From positions 3,638,333 through 3,702,332 of the forward strand of contig NC_068983.1 in NCBI RefSeq assembly GCF_001194135.2: a stretch of DNA of 64,000 nt. The letters run 5' to 3'. Positions within the stretch are counted from its first letter, which is position 1, and each line of letters opens with the position of its first letter. This DNA comes from Octopus bimaculoides. Lineage: Eukaryota. Below the pieces are notes generated by a model. The model saw nothing but the letters and a program-made list of their open reading frames with translations, did not search any database and was not told where the DNA came from. A program made the position numbers and the translations under genes. Positions 47,947 through 60,344 of the stretch are shown one piece after another.

Positions 47947-48037
47947 TCTCTATATATAAAGATGATGCGTAGTCTAGACGGCGTTTTTAGATTTCATTAG
48001 TCTCTTTAACCCGGGCAACGCTGGGTATTTCTGCTAG
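47947..48037 (+). mobile_element. Complete 91-bp mini-Helitron
   Basis: A^TC start (tctctatatataaa), subterminal hairpin acccgggcaacgctgggt, CTAG end followed by T, no TSD. Confidence 0.7.
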
Positions 48038-50058
48038 TTGGGAATAAAGTTCTGCTCAAAAACTCAATTCGAAGGGACAGAAAGGGAAGACTTTTACCCA
48101 ACGCCGCACAAGTCCTTACACTTTTGCAGAAGTTTGTGGCAAAAATACTTGTCAACTTTCAAATAATAATAAAGTACTAGAAAAGAAAGAAAATGCTACC
48201 AACCTCACTCGATATATTTGAGCAACCACCAGTAAGTAAAAAACGGAAAACAAATTTCTATCTTCAAATCAATATTTTATCTTTACATTCTGTCAACTCA
48301 ACTCAGTCAAATATATAAACAACACCCACCTGCTACATATCTACAGAAAAAAAGGACTCTAATCGAAATCAATTTTTCATAACAAAAAAAAAAAAAGAAA
48401 ATCGATAGTTGCGTTCGTAAACTCTCGCACATTTATCGTCTTTGTACCAAAAATAAATAAAGGATCGATTGTGTGCGCGCGCGCACAGTTCCAGAATAAA
48501 ACAAGGTGGTGGTGGTGGTAATGATGATGGTGGTTGTGGTGATGGTTGTGATACTGATGATGATGAGGACGACGGTGATTATGAAAAAATTTGACACACG
48601 TTTCTAAATATACATACATGCAGTCTCTAAATAAACCATCCGTATAAAACATCTTGCATTGAAGACAGACTATCACTGGATCTGTTAGAAATAGCAGCCA
48701 AATATTCCTCAAATCACATTCTCTCGTCTTGAAAAACATAACAAAAGCACACATTAGCTAGTCCCAATGCTCATTAACAAACTCCTAAAAAGTCGGAATG
48801 GCCATGAGTGAGATGTCTCTGATCGTAGACCTAATCGATCGACACCTGAACTCCAATTAAAACAACAAAGTAGAAACAGAGAAAGAGAACGAAATAAACT
48901 TAACTTTATTAGATCGATTCTGTAAGTCGTTTCTGTCTGAGCTGTCGTTTCTATATATCCAGATGCTACTTTCTTCTCTCATTTCTTGCACCAGTTTTTC
49001 ACAGACGAAATCTTTCACCGGAGAAAATGTTTTCACACAACATCTTAAAACTCTCCCTCTCTCTCTCACTCGCACTTGTATTGTTAGATTTAAGTTATTC
49101 AGATCCACAGACGATGTATATTATAATACGGTATATTAATGATTGACTTGAATACAATACATACCTAATTGATACACGTACATGTAAACATGCATCCATA
49201 TCCCCTCCACACACACACATACTTCTGCGTATGTGTACATACATGCATTTGTATAAAGATATATATAGCTGTATGTATTTATACATTTGCATATGTGGCT
49301 GTGTGTGTTTATATATATATGTATGTGTATATGTCTATGTTATCATATAATGATATATATATATATATATATATATAAATACTTTCTGTTTTTCTCTCCC
49401 ACTCTTTCCCTATTCTTCTCCTCTCCCCTTCACCGTTCCCTCTCTTTCTCTCTCTCACTCTTCCTCCTTGAGTCTCTCGTCGCTGACATGTGACGAAAGG
49501 GGATCTATCTTTCTGTCCATTTCCTAACTAAAGAAAAGGCCTCGCCTGTCTCCTCTCTTGGCTCGTTCTCTTTGAGTTCATAATTATTTTTCCATTGTCT
49601 TGGCTAAACAGCCCTCACCGTTTGTTTTTACCGTCTTGTTCTCACTGTCCTGTTCTTGTTAACACTTTCACCCACCACAAAAAATCCCAAATTTTATTTA
49701 ATTTGCTTTGCGGGAAGGACTGTTCCAACGAAGTCGCGTATTGTCCTTGCCTTTGAAACGCGGAGTAGATGAAACAGGGACAACTGAAGAAGGGGTATAC
49801 TCTTTATGTTGCATGTCTCGTTTCCCTGTTTGTTTTTTTCGTTATTTGTAAAAAAAAGTCGTAGGCTCGATCTGTTCGACTAAAGGCCGTGCTCCAGCAT
49901 GGCCGCAGTCAAATGACTGAAACAANNNNNNNNNNNNNNNNNNNNNNNNNNNNNNNNNNNNNNNNNNNNNNNNNNNNNNNNNNNNNNNNNNNNNNNNNNN
50001 NNNNNNNNNNNNNNNNNNNNNNNNNNNNNNNNNNNNNNNNNNNNNNNNNNNNNNNNNN

Positions 50059-51397
50059 CTATATATAAAACAGAGATGCGTGTGTAATCGCTTTTCGCGT
50101 GAAATCGACTTCACCAAATGCTTCCATACTTGTAATGCATGAATAATTTGACCTTGGATAAATCTTAGGCTCTTCATTTGATTTTTTTAATTAAAAAAAA
50201 ATAATATTGCTTTATATTTAAGATTCACTTCTTTAAAAAGGTTCCTCAACGTCAACTTCCGGTATTGACGTAACAACCGCAAAAAACTTCACTTTCTATT
50301 TTGTGTGTTCGTGTGTATGAGAGATAGAGAGAGAGTAAATACTACATACACACTGCTCTCTCACTCTGTCTCACACACATACACACGCACACACACACCT
50401 TGACTCACTCACACTCTGTCTCTTACAAACACACACATACATAAATGTATACAAACATATTTACAAAGACACACGTGTGTATNNNNNNNNNNNNNNNNNN
50501 NNNNNNNNNNNNNNNNNNNNNNNNNNNNNNNNNNNNNNNNNNNNNNNNNNNNNNNNNNNNNNNNNNNNNNNNNNNNNNNNNNNNNNNNNNNNNNNNNNNN
50601 NNNNNNNNNNNNNNNNNNNNNNNNNNNNNNNNNNNNNNNNNNNNNNNNNNNNNNNNNNNNNNNNNNNNNNNNNNNNNNNNNNNNNNNNNNNNNNNNNNNN
50701 NNNNNNNNNNNNNNNNNNNNNNNNNNNNNNNNNNNNNNNNNNNNNNNNNNNNNNNNNNNNNNNNNNNNNNNNNNNNNNNNNNNNNNNNNNNNNNNNNNNN
50801 NNNNNNNNNNNNNNNNNNNNNNNNNNNNNNNNNNNNNNNNNNNNNNNNNNNNNNNNNNNNNNNNNNNNNNNNNNNNNNNNNNNNNNNNNNNNNNNNNNNN
50901 NNNNNNNNNNNNNNNNNNNNNNNNNNNNNNNNNNNNNNNNNNNNNNNNNNNNNNNNNNNNNNNNNNNNNNNNNNNNNNNNNNNNNNNNNNNNNNNNNNNN
51001 NNNNNNNNNNNNNNNNNNNNNNNNNNNNNNNNNNNNNNNNNNNNNNNNNNNNNNNNNNNNNNNNNNNNNNNNNNNNNNNNNNNNNNNNNNNNNNNNNNNN
51101 NNNNNNNNNNNNNNNNNNNNNNNNNNNNNNNNNNNNNNNNNNNNNNNNNNNNNNNNGCCAGTCCAGGGGTACTGGCAACGATCCCCATTTTAATTTTTGT
51201 AAAAGTTTCCAAGTACCAATGAGGCTTTTTGGCACATCTTCAATTTTCCCCATTCATGAGAGGTGCCCAGCCATCATTCATCTGAGAGTCCATCTACAGA
51301 ATGTCCTCAAATTTCTATACAGCATATTTTGCCTTTTTTGTCTTCAAGTATATAAGCAACAATTTCATTCCCGAGCAACGCCGGGTGCCTCTGCTAG
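50059..51397 (+). mobile_element. Non-autonomous Helitron (5' end at a gap edge, RepHel remnant, 3' hairpin plus CTAG); continuity across gap 50483-51156 not verifiable
   Basis: ctatatataaaa 5' motif at 50059; NEAFWHIFNF/PIHERCPAIIHLRVHLQN (about 51218-51302, one frameshift) matches the RepHel motif EA.WRIF.FPIHER.P.V.HL.VHL.N; 3' cccgagcaacgccgggtgcctctgCTAGt. Confidence 0.7.
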
Positions 51398-51768
51398 TAT
51401 ATATATATATATTATAGGCGCAAGCGTGGCTGTGTGGTAAAAAGCTTGCTTCCCATGGTGTGCCCAGGCAAGTGGTTTCGACTATGGACCCCGGGCCTAC
51501 CAAAACCTTGGGAATGGATTTGGTACAGGGAAACTGAAAGTAGCCCATTATGTGTATATATATATATAGAGAGAGAGAGAGAGACGAAACTTACTTGGAA
51601 AAAGGATGCATGGCATTCGATTATATAATAATATAAATAATATATGCATATGCATATAATTAAATAAGTAACAGTTACGCACTGCGTCAATGTAATCGAC
51701 TTAATCCCATTGTCTGTCCTTGTTTGTCCCCTCTGTGTTTAGCCCCCTGTGGGCAATGAAGAGATTAG

Positions 51769-51806
<38 letters not shown>

Positions 51807-53411
51807 TCTATAACAGAAAAAAAATCTGATCAAATATACGAGAGCATCATGGATACATTCGCAACATCATTGGTAACAAAGTGTAAGGAGTACTTCCTAG
51901 ATTACAACGACGAAGGTCCCAGCTGATCCGATCAACGGATCAGCTTGCTCGTGTAATAAATGTGCAAGTGGCTGAGCATTCCACAGACATGTGTACCCTT
52001 ATCGTAGTTCTCAGGAAGATTCAGTGTGACAAGGCCAGCCCTTTCAAACACAGGTACAACTCATTTTTGCCTGCTGAATGGACTGGAGCAACGTGAAATA
52101 AAGTGTCTTAACTTTATTAGTGTCTAACTTACATAATTCTACATGTGTATATGGATATAAAGCGTACATATTGTGGAATGTTGAAATTAATAGCATGACA
52201 TGGAGAAGATTATGAAACAATTGTAATCTTGTGGAAATCATATGGAAACAATAGATCTGGGATCTTTTCTGCAAACATTAATAGCTGATAACTCTTTATT
52301 GATTTGTGGTGAAAATGATTTTCATGGTATTGATTCGCTTATAAAAGTGCATAATTGCACTAAATGTGAAATCAATTCAAGCAGAAAGATCTTAAATTTG
52401 TATTCAACAATAATAACAGACTTTGAAGTAAAAATTATAGATAAACAAAACCAAATATATCTACCACTTATCTTTAAAGTATTTGTTTATTTGGGTGGTT
52501 CTGTGAAATTCATTCAAGTGCATTAAACTAACAATCTTAATATCTGTTCTCCATGCTGCTATGAGCTTGATAGTCTGACAGGTTGGCCAGCTGGAGAGCT
52601 GCTCCAGTTACCTGTTTTAGCATGGTTTATACAACTAGATATCCTTCCTAACATAAACCACTTTACAGAGTGTACTGGGTGCTTTTTATGTGACACCAGC
52701 ACATGAGATTTTTATGTGGCACCAACTGGCCTATTGTTATGTGTATATAAGCACCATTCGAGTGTGGCCGATGCTAATGTTGCTTGACTGGCACCTGTAC
52801 CGGTGGCATGTAAAAAGCACCATTCGAGCATGGCCAATGTCAGTGCCTCCTGACTGGCTCCTGTGCTGGTGGCACGTAAAAAGCATCCGCTACATTCTCA
52901 AAGTGGTTGGTGTTAGGAAGAACATCCAGCTGTAGAAACCTTGCCAGATCGGATAGGAGTTTGGTGCAGCCTTCTGGCTTTCCAGACCTCAGTCAAACTG
53001 TCCGACCCATGCCAGCTTGGAAAGCAGACGTTAAAGGACGACAACAATGATGTGATGACAATTAAAAATGGGTGTGAGATGTTGAATTATAGCCAGAGAG
53101 TGTGGAAAAGAGTTTGTAAAACAAAATGGAGTGATAGGTAATAAAGAAGTTTGTGAAGCACTTCATGATTCATGTCTTGTTGCACCTTCCTGGGACAACT
53201 GAAAAAGAGTTGAAAGGTAATGCTTCATTGATATTTTATTATAACCCAACACTCTCTGAGTGGTTGGCGTTAGGAAGGGCATCCAGCTGTAGAAACTAGA
53301 TTGGAGCCTGGTGTTGCCATCCGGTTTCACCAGTCCTCAGTCAAATCGTCCAACCCATGCTAGCATGGAAGGCGGACATTAAACGATGATGATGATGATG
53401 ATGATGATGAT

Positions 53412-53605
53412 TATTATTGGTTTCAAATTTTAGCACACAAGGCCAGCAATTTCAAGAGAAGGGCTAAGTCAGTTACATGACTGGTACTTATTGACCTCAA
53501 AAGAATGAAAGGTTAAGTCGACCTTGGTAGAGTTTGAACTCAGAACATAGTGACGGGCGAAATACCACTAAGCATTTCGTCCAGCGTGCTAACAATTTTG
53601 CCAGT
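53412..53605 (-). mobile_element. SINE family B, tail type B, abutting an RTE (GAT)n tail
   Basis: Core and head in reverse. Confidence 0.75.
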
Positions 53606-54218
53606 TCACCACCTGTCTTTTATTATTATTGGTTATGGCTCTTGGTGAAAGCATCAGTGCTTTGGATTTCCATTCCTTCAAAAGAATTTTTAAAAGAAGC
53701 TGTAAACTTTGACTTGAATTGTGGTCCAAAGACTGAAGCGAGGCAATCTCCATTGTGATGTAACATCCTCCTCTTGGAGTGGGTGGCGGGTAACAGCCAG
53801 AGGGAGAGAAAGCTACACTGGCAGGAAGTTGGTACTCAGAGCTGAGTAGAGTGAGCAAGGTCTTGAGGATACAATGCACTACCTGGTCCAAGATTTGAGC
53901 TCACAGCCTCATGCCCAGGAGCCCAAAACTCAAACCACTTGGCCACACATCTTCCTTTCACCCTCATAAATATTGTTATGCTGTACAGTTATATCTTTTA
54001 GCCTTCACTTGTTTCAGTCATTGGACTGTGGCCATGCTGGAGCACTGCCTTGAAGAATTTTTGGTGAATGAATCAGCCCCAGCGCTTATTACTTTTTGTA
54101 AAGCCTGACACTTATTCTATTGGGCACCTTTTGCTGAACTGCTAAGCTACAAGGATGTAAATGCACCAACACCAGTTGTCAAGTGGTGGTGGAGACAAAC
54201 ACAAACACAAAACACACA

Positions 54219-54607
54219 GTGGCATGTAAAAAAGCACCATCCGAATGTGGCCGATGCCAGGGGCCACCTGATTGGCTCCCATGCTGGTGGCACATAAAAA
54301 GCACCATTCGAACATGATTGATGCCAGGCCCTCCTGACTAGCTCCTGTGCTGGTGGCACGTAAAAAGAACCATCCGAACGTGGCCGATGCCAGGCCTGCC
54401 TGACAGTCTCCTGTGTCAGTGGCACATAAAAAGCACCCACTACACTCTCAGAGTGGTTGGCATTAGGAAGGGCATCCAGCTGTAGAAACACTGCCAGATC
54501 AGACTGGAGATTGGTGCAGCTTCCTGGCTTTCCAGTTCCCAGTCAAACCGTCCAACCCATGCCAGCACGGAAAACGGACGTTAAACAACGACGACGATGA
54601 TGATGAT
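54219..54607 (+). mobile_element. RTE 3'-UTR copy with four tggca.rtaaaaagcacc subrepeats and (GAC/GAT)n tail
   Basis: Family similarity. Confidence 0.85.
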
Positions 54608-55707
54608 ATATATATATATATATATAATTAAGTGGAGAATGGAGAAACAAACACAAGAAGAAGCAAGTCGATTGGGCTAGTTAGCCATTGATTTAATTAT
54701 NNNNNNNNNNNNNNNNNNNNNNNNNNNNNNNNNNNNNNNNNNNNNNNNNNNNNNNNNNNNNNNNNNNNNNNNNNNNNNNNNNNNNNNNNNNNNNNNNNNN
54801 NNNNNNNNNNNNNNNNNNNNNNNNNNNNNNNNNNNNNNNNNNNNNNNNNNNNNNNNNNNNNNNNNNNNNNNNNNNNNNNNNNNNNNNNNNNNNNNNNNNN
54901 NNNNNNNNNNNNNNNNNNNNNNNNNNNNNNNNNNNNNNNNNNNNNNNNNNNNNNNNNNNNNNNNNNNNNNNNNNNNNNNNNNNNNNNNNNNNNNNNNNNN
55001 NNNNNNNNNNNNNNNNNNNNNNATATATATATATATATATATACCCCCACACACACACACACACATGTATAAATATATGATAGGCTTCCTTCATTCTACG
55101 AAATCCACTTACAAGGCTTTGGTTGGCCTGAGGCTATAGTAGAAGACACTTGTCCAAGGTGCCACACAGTGGGACTGAACCTGGAACCATGTGGTTGGGA
55201 AGCAAACTTCTTACCACACAGCCATGCCTGCAAGATTTTTAATTTGTTCAGGGTGTGGAGCATTTTAGTTCCCACGTTTTTGAAATTTTAAATCCACGTT
55301 GCTTCGTATCCACAACATATCACTTATTCCCAACACATCAATATTTCTAATGGCCACTTCTTCATGACTGATTCCAAAAATTAACTAGAATTAGTTTTGC
55401 TCATGACGATGATGATGATGGTGATGATTAACATGTCGAGACATGTGATGAAACTTGTGTCAACATCAATATTAATACAAGAGCGTTAAGTGGACATGTA
55501 AATGAACAGACATTTAATTACTTGTTGGGTAGGTTTTACAGTTTCATAACGAAACTAATGTTTTCTGTTACTTTGATCTAACATAAAACACACATGCACA
55601 CACCCACAAAACATGCATAATGTGCATATTCACACAATCAACACTGGCATCTGAATGGTGATGACACAAGCACACTCACACATACCCACAAAACATGCAT
55701 ATATACA

Positions 55708-56091
55708 TTGTTGTTGGCACTCCGTTGCTTACGACGTCGAGGGTTCCAGTTGATCCGATCAACGGAACAGCCTGCTTGTGAAATTAACGTGCAAGTGGCT
55801 GAGCACTCCACAGACACGTGTACCCTTAACGTAGTTCTCGGGGATATTCAGCGTGACACAGTGTGACAAGGCTGACCCTTTCAATTACAGGCACAACAGA
55901 AACAGGAAGAAAAAGTGAGAGAAAGTTGTGGTGAAAGAGTACAGCAGGGTTCGTCACCACCCACTGCCGGAGCCTCGTGGAGCTTTAGGTGTTTTCGCTC
56001 TATAAACACTCACAACGCCCGGGTGGGGAATCGAAACTGCGATCCTATGACCATGTGTCCGCTGCCCTAACCACTGGGCCATTGCACTTCC
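55708..56091 (-). mobile_element. Full-length tRNA-derived SINE family C
   Basis: Reverse complement closely matches 22856-23240. Confidence 0.9.
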
Positions 56092-56776
56092 ACACACGTA
56101 CATAAAATACATACTTACATACAAACACATATACCCACAAAACATACATACACACACATGCACACCACACACACACATACAAGCACATGTTTTCTTTTCT
56201 TCCTAGTTTTACTTTCTTGGTGGTCTAAAGGAGAAAATAATGCCTTTGGCTTTCACAGACCTTCCAAAACCAGTGAGGTCGATGCTGTTAATGTCCCTCT
56301 TGAATTTTTGTAATTCAACACCAGTGGGAGGGATTCCAAGCAAAGAAGGATTGGGTAATTGTAACTAGTGTGGTGTGAATGCAGCAAGAGGAAGAGGAAC
56401 AAGGGATGGCTATGTGAATGTGATATGACCCCAGCCAACTGTAGGGAAGAGGTCATCATCATCATCATCATCCTTGTTTAACGTCCGCTTTCCATGCTGG
56501 CATGGTTTGGCCGGCTCGATTGAGGACTGGCAAGCCAGGACGCTGCACCAGGCTCCAATCTGATTTGGCAAGGCTTCTACAGCTGGATGCCTTTCCTAAT
56601 GCCAACCACTCTGAGAGTGTAGTGGGTGCTTTTTGTGTGCCAGCAGCATGGGAGCCAGTCAGGCAGCACTGGCATCAGTCATGCTCGAATGGTGCTTATT
56701 ACTTGCCACCTGCACTGGTGCCAGTCAGGCAGTTAAAACAAACCTCCAGTTCTGCCTCCCACTACAGAGAAATCAA

Positions 56777-57090
56777 CAAAGGTGGGCACCATTAATCGAA
56801 ACGTTAACTTCCTTAACCGTTAATCTGTTAACCAAAAAGTTAACTTTGATAACCGTTAATCAGTTATTTCCTAATGTAACGGAAGTTATCGATAACACCT
56901 TTAAGAAGTACAAAAACTATAATATCGGTTAACTTCAATTCAATTGAAGTTAACGGAAGTTGACTTGAGTTAATGGAAGTTAATTAGTCTGATAATGATT
57001 TCCAAAGTTAACTTACATTAAATTGTTAATGAAAATGTTAACTTTGTTGATTAACATTTTCATGGATTAACGGTTTGGTGTCCAGGTTTG
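56777..57090. mobile_element. hAT-type non-autonomous DNA transposon rich in GTTAAC subterminal repeats
   Basis: Ends caaaggtgggcacc / ggtgtccaggtttg (11/14 inverted); 8-bp TSD gaaatcaa / gaaatcag. Confidence 0.6.
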
Positions 57091-57946
57091 GAAATCAGTT
57101 AAATACATGTGGCTTGACTGAGAAGTTTGCTTCACAATTATGTCATACTGGTCTCCTTGTCAGTGTGATCTTAAGCAATTGCTTACTCCCATCACCTTCG
57201 GTTTCACAAAAGCCTTTATCCTCCATTACTGAGAAGACCCGGCAAATATAGTAAGTTTACAGCTGTAACCCAGTGACGCATAATCAGCCCACTCAAAAGT
57301 TCCTTGGATTGTAGGGCGACATGCCGTGCTTGAGGAGACCTATTGAGTCAAGTACATCAAAATCAAATTAAATGACATTCATATGGAAATTGTAGTTGTG
57401 ATCCCTGTGCCGGTGGCATGTAAAAAGCACCATTTGATCGTGGTCAATGCCAGCGCCACCTTGACTGGCTTCTGTACCGGTGGCATGTAAAAAGCACCAA
57501 CCGATCATGGTCGTTGCCAGCCCCCTCTGGCCCCTGTGCCGGTGGCACATAAAAAGCACCCACTACACTCTCAGAGTGGTTGGCATTAGGAAGGGCATCC
57601 AGCTGTAGAAACTTTGCCAGATCAGACTGCAACCTGGTGCAGCCTCCTGGCCTCCCAGACCCCAGTCAAACCGTCCAACCCATGCCAGCATGGAAAACGG
57701 ACGTTAAACGACGATGATGATGATGAGATCTGTAATGTTCTGTTCCCTTCTCTCATACTTTAACCTCTCATCTCTTAGCATAAAACCTCTTCCTGCTCCA
57801 CTGGGGAACATTCCATCTTAGTGTATCCAAAACTGCATTATCCATGGTGTCCTTCCTTTTTTAAATAAAAAATTGAGGAATGTGATTTAGTTCCAGTTTC
57901 TAGCAGCTCAAGTGACTATTTAGTGCTTCCTTTCATTGGCTTTGTA

Positions 57947-58001
57947 ATACTACTACTACTACTACTACCACCACCACCATCACCACAAACTCCACCACCA
58001 T

Positions 58002-58033
<32 letters not shown>

Positions 58034-58065
58034 TTATCTACTACTACCACCACCACCACCACCAT

Positions 58066-58120
<55 letters not shown>

Positions 58121-58145
58121 GCTACTACTACTACTACTATTACTG
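57947..58145. repeat. (CTA)n/(CCA)n trinucleotide microsatellite in the intron upstream of the zinc-finger exon
   Basis: Directly visible. Confidence 0.95.
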
Positions 58146-58270
58146 CTGTTACCATTGCTGCCAACACTACATCTGCTAATACTAGCTGCCACCAGTATAC
58201 AAGTACCACTAAGACACAACCACCACAACAACAACAACAACAGCTATTACTATTAATGTCACCGACCTCC

Positions 58271-58299
58271 ACTAACTCTACTTTTGTTCCCTTTTCCAG
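58271..58299 (+). promoter_or_regulatory. Branch point (ACTAAC), pyrimidine tract and 3' splice acceptor for the zinc-finger exon
   Basis: actaactctacttttgttcccttttccAG ending at 58299; an in-frame TAA lies between it and the ATG, so the ATG at 58348 would be the true start. Confidence 0.65.
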
Positions 58300-58347
58300 G
58301 GTACCGCATCCGCATATCCATAAGCTGCAGAGTTCCTTGTTAGAAAT

Positions 58348-59289
58348 ATGAATAAAAGTCCAGTCGGCGCCAAGGCCCCTACCAAATCCAGTTTCTACTA
58401 CTGTGAGCATTGCAACTTTAGTACCGTGCATTACAGCCGAATGAACAGTCATTCCGTTGTGCATTCGTCCATGCGGCCTTATCAATGTGAACAGTGCAGC
58501 TATGCAGCCAAACGCAAGAGTGACTTAAAGAAACATATAATCTACCGACACAAGATAGAGTACCTGGGTAAGTCCAACAGTACCCCAAAAGCAGCACCTA
58601 CCACTGTACCTTCCACGAGCTCCACCTCCACCACAACACTTTCAGTCAACAAATCACAACAATGTACCACAGCTGATAAACCTTTTGTTTACACGCTCCT
58701 GGCTGAACAAGTGGCTCCCTCACCACTCAGCATCAATGATGAATCTAGTGATGTTTCCATCCAGAGTAACCCAGCACTCGCTACTATAAAGCTGGAGATA
58801 AATGATGATGTGGAGATAGTACCAACGCATCAGAGTCCGTTTGAGCACAACAACACATTACAGCAAACATCAAGTTCTTTGTCTGTTGATGTCCCTATTT
58901 CTGTGTCTTTACCATCCACCATATTCCAAATGACTAAACTAGACAATAACAATATCTGCATGTCCAGTTTAGGGGGTTCACAAATAATAACGACACCAAT
59001 CAGCAACCAACAGACCGAAAACCCCAATAGTATTGCCACTAACCAGTTAATTTTCCCCCGTAATATTGTAGTGACAACGAAAGATGCTTCTGTTGGGCCC
59101 ATCCAGAGTTCGTTCTGCACCCACTGCCAGCTGCTATTTTTTGACAATGGGCTCTATGCAATGCACATGGGATTGCACCATGCTGAAAACCCCTGGCAGT
59201 GCAATATTTGTGGTCAAGTTCACAATGATGTTTATTCATTTACCCTTCATTTTATAACACATCACCAAACAGACATGAAACAATCCTAA
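58348..59289 (+). CDS. Ikaros/Hunchback-type C2H2 zinc-finger protein, 313 aa (2 N-terminal fingers, S/T/Q/N-rich linker, 2 C-terminal dimerisation-type fingers)
   Basis: YCEHCNFSTVHYSRMNSHSVVH-SSMRPY-QCEQCSYAAKRKSDLKKHIIYRH; C-terminal FCTHCQLLFFDNGLYAMHMGLHHAENPWQCNICG matches the Ikaros/Hb DZF pattern C..C...F.D...Y.IHMG.H....PF.CN.CG. Confidence 0.9.
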   Translation: MNKSPVGAKAPTKSSFYYCEHCNFSTVHYSRMNSHSVVHSSMRPYQCEQCSYAAKRKSDLKKHIIYRHKIEYLGKSNSTPKAAPTTVPSTSSTSTTTLSVNKSQQCTTADKPFVYTLLAEQVAPSPLSINDESSDVSIQSNPALATIKLEINDDVEIVPTHQSPFEHNNTLQQTSSSLSVDVPISVSLPSTIFQMTKLDNNNICMSSLGGSQIITTPISNQQTENPNSIATNQLIFPRNIVVTTKDASVGPIQSSFCTHCQLLFFDNGLYAMHMGLHHAENPWQCNICGQVHNDVYSFTLHFITHHQTDMKQS

Positions 59290-59474
59290 ACTTCAATTTT
59301 TGGTACTTCCTGCTTTGAGAGTCTGGTGTTGACATTTCACTTTCTAAGTTCATTCTATGAGTCAGCTGGTTGTTCTACAAATGTCCTGTCTTTCTGAAAG
59401 TACATTCTTTAGTTCTCCAGTCTGGACACTTAACCTCTGCTCTATGACACATTGGCATATGGTACCCAAAGACA

Positions 59475-59480
59475 AATAAA
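59475..59480 (+). terminator. Candidate polyadenylation signal of the zinc-finger gene
   Basis: AATAAA followed by a T/GT-rich tract at about 59505-59540. Confidence 0.5.
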
Positions 59481-60344
59481 TTCTAACTCATTAACTTATT
59501 GCAAGTTTGTGCATTCATTTTTTTGTTGTTGTTTTTTTTCCCCCTCACTGTTTGGTCAGAAAAGGAATGGCTATGCCGAAACCCTTAAATTGCTTCAGAA
59601 ATCACTGAGGAAGGGGAGGTAAGCAAGGCCAACATGCTTGCAACAGAATGGTACTAAATTCACCCAAGGACCCATGTTCTAGGTATTAAACCAACTGACA
59701 GACAAGTCAGCAATGACAAGAATGGTAACAACCCAAACAAATACCACAAGGTATTTTTTCCAATGTTCTAATCATCAACATTGTTTAATGTCCGCTTTCC
59801 ATGCTGGCATGGGCTGGACGGTTTGACTGAGGACTGGTGAACCAGATGGCTACACCAGGCTCCAATCTGATTTGGCAGAGTTTCTACAGCTGGATGCCCT
59901 TCCTAATGCCAACCACTCTGAGAGTGTAATGAGTGCTTTTTACGTGCCACTGGCACAAGGGCCAGTCCGGCGGTTCTGGCAATCAATGAACTGTTATTAG
60001 TGGCCAGCATATGCATATTAATATTGCTTAGCAATGAGGCCAAATTAACCTACAATAACTGAAAGTTCAAAAACAACATTGAGATTTAGGACAAACCAAT
60101 ATAAATGTTTGAAGAGGCAAAGAGTTAAGGTTGTTGAACACAAGCAATGTTTGCTTAATACTTGCAAATTTTTATTCAATGTACTATAAACACAACGTTA
60201 TATTTCAACAGTGGAAAGAAGCAACAGAAAAGTGGAGAAAAAGTTGTTATTCAGGATGCTTAAGTTTTTTTAAAGGAGTAGCAAGGCCTTGTGAGTAGAA
60301 TTGGTAGATGACAAACGAAAGAAACTTATTGTGTTGTCAACGTA

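Noticed and set aside
48857-49108. 83-aa ORF resembling a ubiquitin-like/FERM N-terminus
   Set aside because: Starts at GTG, includes a (GA)n tract (RVRERGR), and has no convincing motif or splice partner
57916-58485. Poly-Thr/Val mucin-like ORFs (57923-58351 +, 57916-58485 -) as an N-terminal extension of the zinc-finger protein
   Set aside because: (CTA)n microsatellite; a different frame from the ZF ORF; lies upstream of a strong branch point and acceptor, so it is intronic
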